Source of the DNA: Deltaproteobacteria bacterium | GTDB lineage: Bacteria; Myxococcota_A; UBA9160; PR03 | Reading direction: 5' to 3' | NCBI GenBank assembly: GCA_035063765.1 | Contig: JAPSFT010000018.1 | Location: forward strand, 4,593-68,592 | DNA: 64,000 nucleotides | Shown here: piece after piece, positions 60,982-64,000 of the stretch | How the letters are laid out: each line of letters begins with the position of its first letter | Position numbering within the stretch: the stretch's first letter is position 1 | The notes under the pieces: generated by a model | Seen by the model: the letters and a program-made list of their open reading frames with translations, nothing else | What the model was told of the DNA's origin: nothing | Database searches by the model: none | Made by a program: the position numbers and the translations under genes

Positions 60982-62517
60982 TCAGCGGCCCCAGGCGGGC
61001 CAGCGCTCGAGCACGTGACGTGCGGTGCGGTCGGCGAGCGCGGCGGTCGTGATCTGCGGCGGCGCGCCGAGCGAGGTCGGGAACACGCTCATGTCGGCCA
61101 CGAAGAGGCCCGGGAGCTCGTGGCACTCGCCCCAGGCGTTCACGACCGAGCGGCGCGGATCGCCGCCCATCCGGCAGCTCGACTGCGGATGGGTCGAGGC
61201 GATCGGGATCGTGCCGGCCGCGGCGCCGCGGCGCGTGATCGCCCGAAGGTCGTCCCCCGGGCGCACCACCAGCGGCTCGTCCAGGTAGGGCACCAGGACC
61301 TCGCGCGCGCCGGCGGCGAGCAGCAGCTCGCAGCAGTGGACGAGGCCCTCGGCGAGCTGGCGCTCGTCGTCGCGCTCGAGCGTGTAGCGAAGGCGCGGCC
61401 GCGCGAGCGAGGGCCCCGACTCGACGCTGCCCTCGCTGCGGTCGTGGAGCATCACCAGCAGGCCGGCGGTGTGCGCGAACTGCCGCATCCAGCGGAAGTG
61501 GTCGCGGCCGAAGCCCGGAAGCTGCGTGCCCTCGAGGGCCGGAAAGCCCGTGATCGGCATCAGCACGTAGCCCTGGTGGGGGTCGCGCTCGAGGTCGATG
61601 AACTCGTCGACGTACCAGCTCTGGGGGATGCCGCGATAGGCGTGGATCGGCTCCTCGAAGAAGCCCGCGACCATCACCGAGGGGTGCAGGTGCAGGCCGC
61701 GCCCGACCCAGCCGCTGCGGTTCGCCAGGCGGCTGCGCAGCAGCAGATCGGGCGTCGCCACCGCGCCCGCCGCGAGCACCACGACCGGCGCCTCGACGGT
61801 GATCCGGGGACCCGGCCCGCTGGCGCCGGCGGCCCGCGCGTGGACCCGGCGCACGCGCCCGCCGGCCGCCTCGATCCGTTCCACCTGGGCGTCGGACCAG
61901 ATGCGCGCGCCCGCCGCGTCTGCGCGCGGGACGTAGGTGACCAGCATCGAGCGCTTCGCGTCGTAGCTGCAGCCGAGGATGCAGTAGCCGGACTGCACGC
62001 AATTCTCGCGGTTGTGACGCGTGACGAAGCCGGACCAGCCGAGCGCCTGCGTGCCCCGCCGGATGATCCGGTTCAGCGCGTTCACCTCGTCCTCGCGGAT
62101 CTGCTTGACCTGGAGGCCGGCCTCGACGCGCCCGAAGGAGGGCTCGAGCGCGGCCGGCGTGAGCTCCGGCAGCCCGTGCTCGTCGCGCCAGAGGGCGAGG
62201 ATCGGATCCGGCGTGCGGAAGCAGTAGCAGAGGTTGTGCACGGTCGAGCCGCCGATGCAGCGGCCCTGGAGGACCGTGATCGCGCCGTCCGCGGTCTGGC
62301 GCATCCCGGCTTCCTCGAAGAGCCGCGGCAGCATCTCGTCCTCGCGCTGGGTGAAGTCCTGCTTCGTCCAGTGCGGACCCGCTTCGAGCACGACGACGTC
62401 GCGGCCGCCTGCCGAGAGCTCCGCGGCCGCTACCGCCCCGCCGGCACCGGAGCCGATCACGCAGACCTCGGCGCGCAGCGCGAGGTCGGCGCCGAGCGAG
62501 CGGGCCGAGCGGATCAC
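60982..62517 (-). CDS. GMC-family FAD-dependent oxidoreductase (catalytic subunit, no own signal peptide)
   Basis: C-terminal part of ORF 60982..63093 from GTG 62517 (GTGA overlap). FAD motif VCVIGSGAGGAVAAAELS...VVVLEAG. C-terminal GMC motif STHPQSSCRMGGDP...LPGLFVADMSVFPTSLGAPP. Confidence 0.85.
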   Translation of the reverse strand: MIRSARSLGADLALRAEVCVIGSGAGGAVAAAELSAGGRDVVVLEAGPHWTKQDFTQREDEMLPRLFEEAGMRQTADGAITVLQGRCIGGSTVHNLCYCFRTPDPILALWRDEHGLPELTPAALEPSFGRVEAGLQVKQIREDEVNALNRIIRRGTQALGWSGFVTRHNRENCVQSGYCILGCSYDAKRSMLVTYVPRADAAGARIWSDAQVERIEAAGGRVRRVHARAAGASGPGPRITVEAPVVVLAAGAVATPDLLLRSRLANRSGWVGRGLHLHPSVMVAGFFEEPIHAYRGIPQSWYVDEFIDLERDPHQGYVLMPITGFPALEGTQLPGFGRDHFRWMRQFAHTAGLLVMLHDRSEGSVESGPSLARPRLRYTLERDDERQLAEGLVHCCELLLAAGAREVLVPYLDEPLVVRPGDDLRAITRRGAAAGTIPIASTHPQSSCRMGGDPRRSVVNAWGECHELPGLFVADMSVFPTSLGAPPQITTAALADRTARHVLERWPAWGR

Positions 62518-63062
62518 GACGCTACCGCCCCGCGCCCGATCAGGGGCCCGCGGTAGCCGATCAGCGGCCAGGTCGCGTCCTGGCTCCAGTAGCCGAGCAG
62601 GGCGAGGTTGCGCAGCGCCAGGAAGGCGAGCCGGCGCAGGCCGATGCGGCTCTGCATCCAGCCCGCGAGGTGCGCGTCGCGGCCGGCCTCGTCGAGGCTG
62701 CTGAAGCGCGCGAGCCGGCCGTCGAAGAGGAGGGGACCCCACTCGACGAGGCGCACCAGGGCCGGGAGCGGAGCCGTCAGCGCCGGGTCGAGCGCGCGGC
62801 ACAGCCGATCGATGGTGTCGATCGCGCCGGTGTCGCGCACCGCGGGCGCGCCCGGCTCGCCGGTGTCCACCATGCGCTCGACGATCCGGGTCAGGATCTC
62901 GCGCTCGCGGGCGGCGAAGAAGGGCGCGCCACCGGTCGGGGCCTCGCCTGCCGCGTCCGCAGGCAGCGCGCGGAGCTGCGCGAGGCCGGCGAGTGCACCC
63001 GTCCCGCCGGCCAGGCGCAGGAAACCGCGGCGGGTCGCGCGCAGGCCGCTGCTGCCGCTCAT
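62514..63062 (-). CDS. Tat-signal small subunit of GMC dehydrogenases (gluconate 2-dehydrogenase subunit 3-like)
   Basis: ORF 62514..63233 trimmed to ATG 63062. Twin-arginine signal LRATRRGFLRLAGGTGALAGLA. Its size (182 aa) and position directly upstream of the GMC gene fit the family. Confidence 0.7.
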   Translation of the reverse strand: MSGSSGLRATRRGFLRLAGGTGALAGLAQLRALPADAAGEAPTGGAPFFAAREREILTRIVERMVDTGEPGAPAVRDTGAIDTIDRLCRALDPALTAPLPALVRLVEWGPLLFDGRLARFSSLDEAGRDAHLAGWMQSRIGLRRLAFLALRNLALLGYWSQDATWPLIGYRGPLIGRGAVAS

Positions 63063-64000
63063 CCCGCCGCCTCCGTGCGCGCCAGCCAGGCACGCAGGGC
63101 GGCCGGCAGCTCGTGGCGCGCGGCGTCGGCGGGCGCGTGCGCGCGGTAGTCCACCGAGTTGTAGGTGTTCCAGAACAGCGCTGGCGCCCGCAGCCGCCCG
63201 TCGCGGAGGCGGTCGATCAGCTCCGCCAGACATTTTGCCGTGTAGGTCGTCTCGAGCGCGAGCCCGGCATCGCGGGCGATCGCAGCCGCGGCGCGACCGG
63301 CCTCGGTGGGGGAGCCGTAGCCGGCACCGAGCTGCGCGCGCGTGATCTCGAAGGAACCCGCGTCGAGCCGGACCTCGGGCAGCGAGGGGTCGAGCCGGCG
63401 CAGGCGGGCGAGGCTCGCGCGGGCGAGGGCGCGTACGCGGCGTGCCCCCGGCGGCAGGATGTCGGTCACCAGCACGCCGACCACGCGGGTCGGCAACCCG
63501 GCGAGTGCGAGCCCGAGCGCCAGCCCCGAGACCGTGCCGCCGGTCCCGAGCGGCGCGTAGATCTCGGCGGGGGCCGGCAGCACGCCGGCCGCGACCTGCT
63601 CGGCCAGCTCGAAGGCTGCCGACACGTAGCCGACGTCGCCGAGGGCCGAGGAGCCGCCGGCCGGGATCAGGAGCGGGCGTTCACCCGCCGCCCTCGAGCG
63701 CGCGAGCGCCCACGACACCCGGGCCGCCGCTCCGGGAACGCTCCGGGCGAAGCGGATCTCGGCGCCGAAGGCGAGCAGGTCGGCGAGCTGCCGCCGGACG
63801 TGTTCGCTCGGCGGCTGGGGCACGCACACGACGGTCGTGGCCAGGCCGAGCGAGCGGCCGAGGATCGTCGTCGCGAGCCCGTGATTGGTCCCGATGCCGC
63901 CGGTCGTGACGAGCCGCCGGGTCCGGCGCGCGAGCGCCGCGCCGAGCAGGAACTCGAGCTTGCGCGGCTTGTTCCCGCCGTAGAGGGGGCAGGAGCGGTC
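63059..64000 (-). CDS. PLP-dependent enzyme, ACC deaminase / D-cysteine desulfhydrase family; 5' end beyond the right edge
   Basis: The frame is open from position 64000: DRSCPLYGGNKPRKLEFLLGAALARRTRRLVTTGGIGTNHGLATT..., which includes the PLP-lysine block GGNKxRKLEF, then IPAGGSSALG and YAPLGTGGTVSGL. The stop overlaps the downstream ATG (ATGA). The track start at 63829 is only the first GTG. Confidence 0.8.
   Translation of the reverse strand, partial: DRSCPLYGGNKPRKLEFLLGAALARRTRRLVTTGGIGTNHGLATTILGRSLGLATTVVCVPQPPSEHVRRQLADLLAFGAEIRFARSVPGAAARVSWALARSRAAGERPLLIPAGGSSALGDVGYVSAAFELAEQVAAGVLPAPAEIYAPLGTGGTVSGLALGLALAGLPTRVVGVLVTDILPPGARRVRALARASLARLRRLDPSLPEVRLDAGSFEITRAQLGAGYGSPTEAGRAAAAIARDAGLALETTYTAKCLAELIDRLRDGRLRAPALFWNTYNSVDYRAHAPADAARHELPAALRAWLARTEAAG

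Overview
This is a 64-kb, gene-dense chromosomal core segment. It is very GC-rich, roughly 70% or more by eye; I did not compute it. The host looks Gram-negative, based on an outer-membrane barrel, a lipobox lipoprotein and mreBCD-mrdA-rodA. HrcA/CIRCE, hemX-hemA-hemC-cobA/hemD-hemB and a YfhO module recall delta-proteobacterial or Myxococcota-like lineages, but I cannot assign taxonomy from sequence alone.

I support about 60 protein-coding genes:
- Left end: an outer-membrane barrel/thioesterase pair, cyclophilin, a K+/H+ antiporter, a serine hydrolase and a double M16 peptidase.
- Heat shock: hemW-hrcA-grpE-dnaK-dnaJ.
- An LpoA-like lipoprotein, tesB, lon and thiL.
- A chemosensory cluster: MCP, CheW, CheY, CheA and CheC.
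- larB-larC, then a 74-aa histone-fold gene.
- groES-groEL with a CIRCE operator.
- lexA followed by two PTPS/QueD paralogs and folE.
- An RpoD-like sigma factor behind a roughly 500-bp leader.
- A GT2/methyltransferase/YfhO glycosylation module and a PpiD-like chaperone.
- mreB-mreC-mreD-mrdA-rodA, a HAD hydrolase and trxA.
- A SIS/DHS-like/macro-like trio coupled to a heme operon.
- An LLM oxidoreductase, UbiB, two hypothetical genes and a CBS protein.
- A coupled triad of PLP enzyme, Tat small subunit and GMC flavoprotein, which runs off the right edge.

I saw no rRNA, tRNA, CRISPR, IS/transposase, integrase, phage or recognisable defence genes. Most very long ORFs in the six-frame track are Arg/Ala/Pro-rich shadow ORFs of the high-GC coding strand and are rejected.

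I do not see a coherent novel multi-gene system of the defence-island type. The observations most worth follow-up are:
1. A bacterial histone-fold protein (27740-27964).
2. cheA interrupted at an A8 homopolymer in the P1-P3 linker (23648-23655).
3. lexA apparently co-transcribed with a complementary-degenerate PTPS pair and folE.
4. An uncharacterised SIS/DHS-like/macro-like trio translationally coupled to the heme operon.
5. A pseudo-receiver/PilZ protein downstream of groESL.

All domain calls come from motif recognition by eye. Start codons are often ambiguous because GTG/TTG starts are common here.
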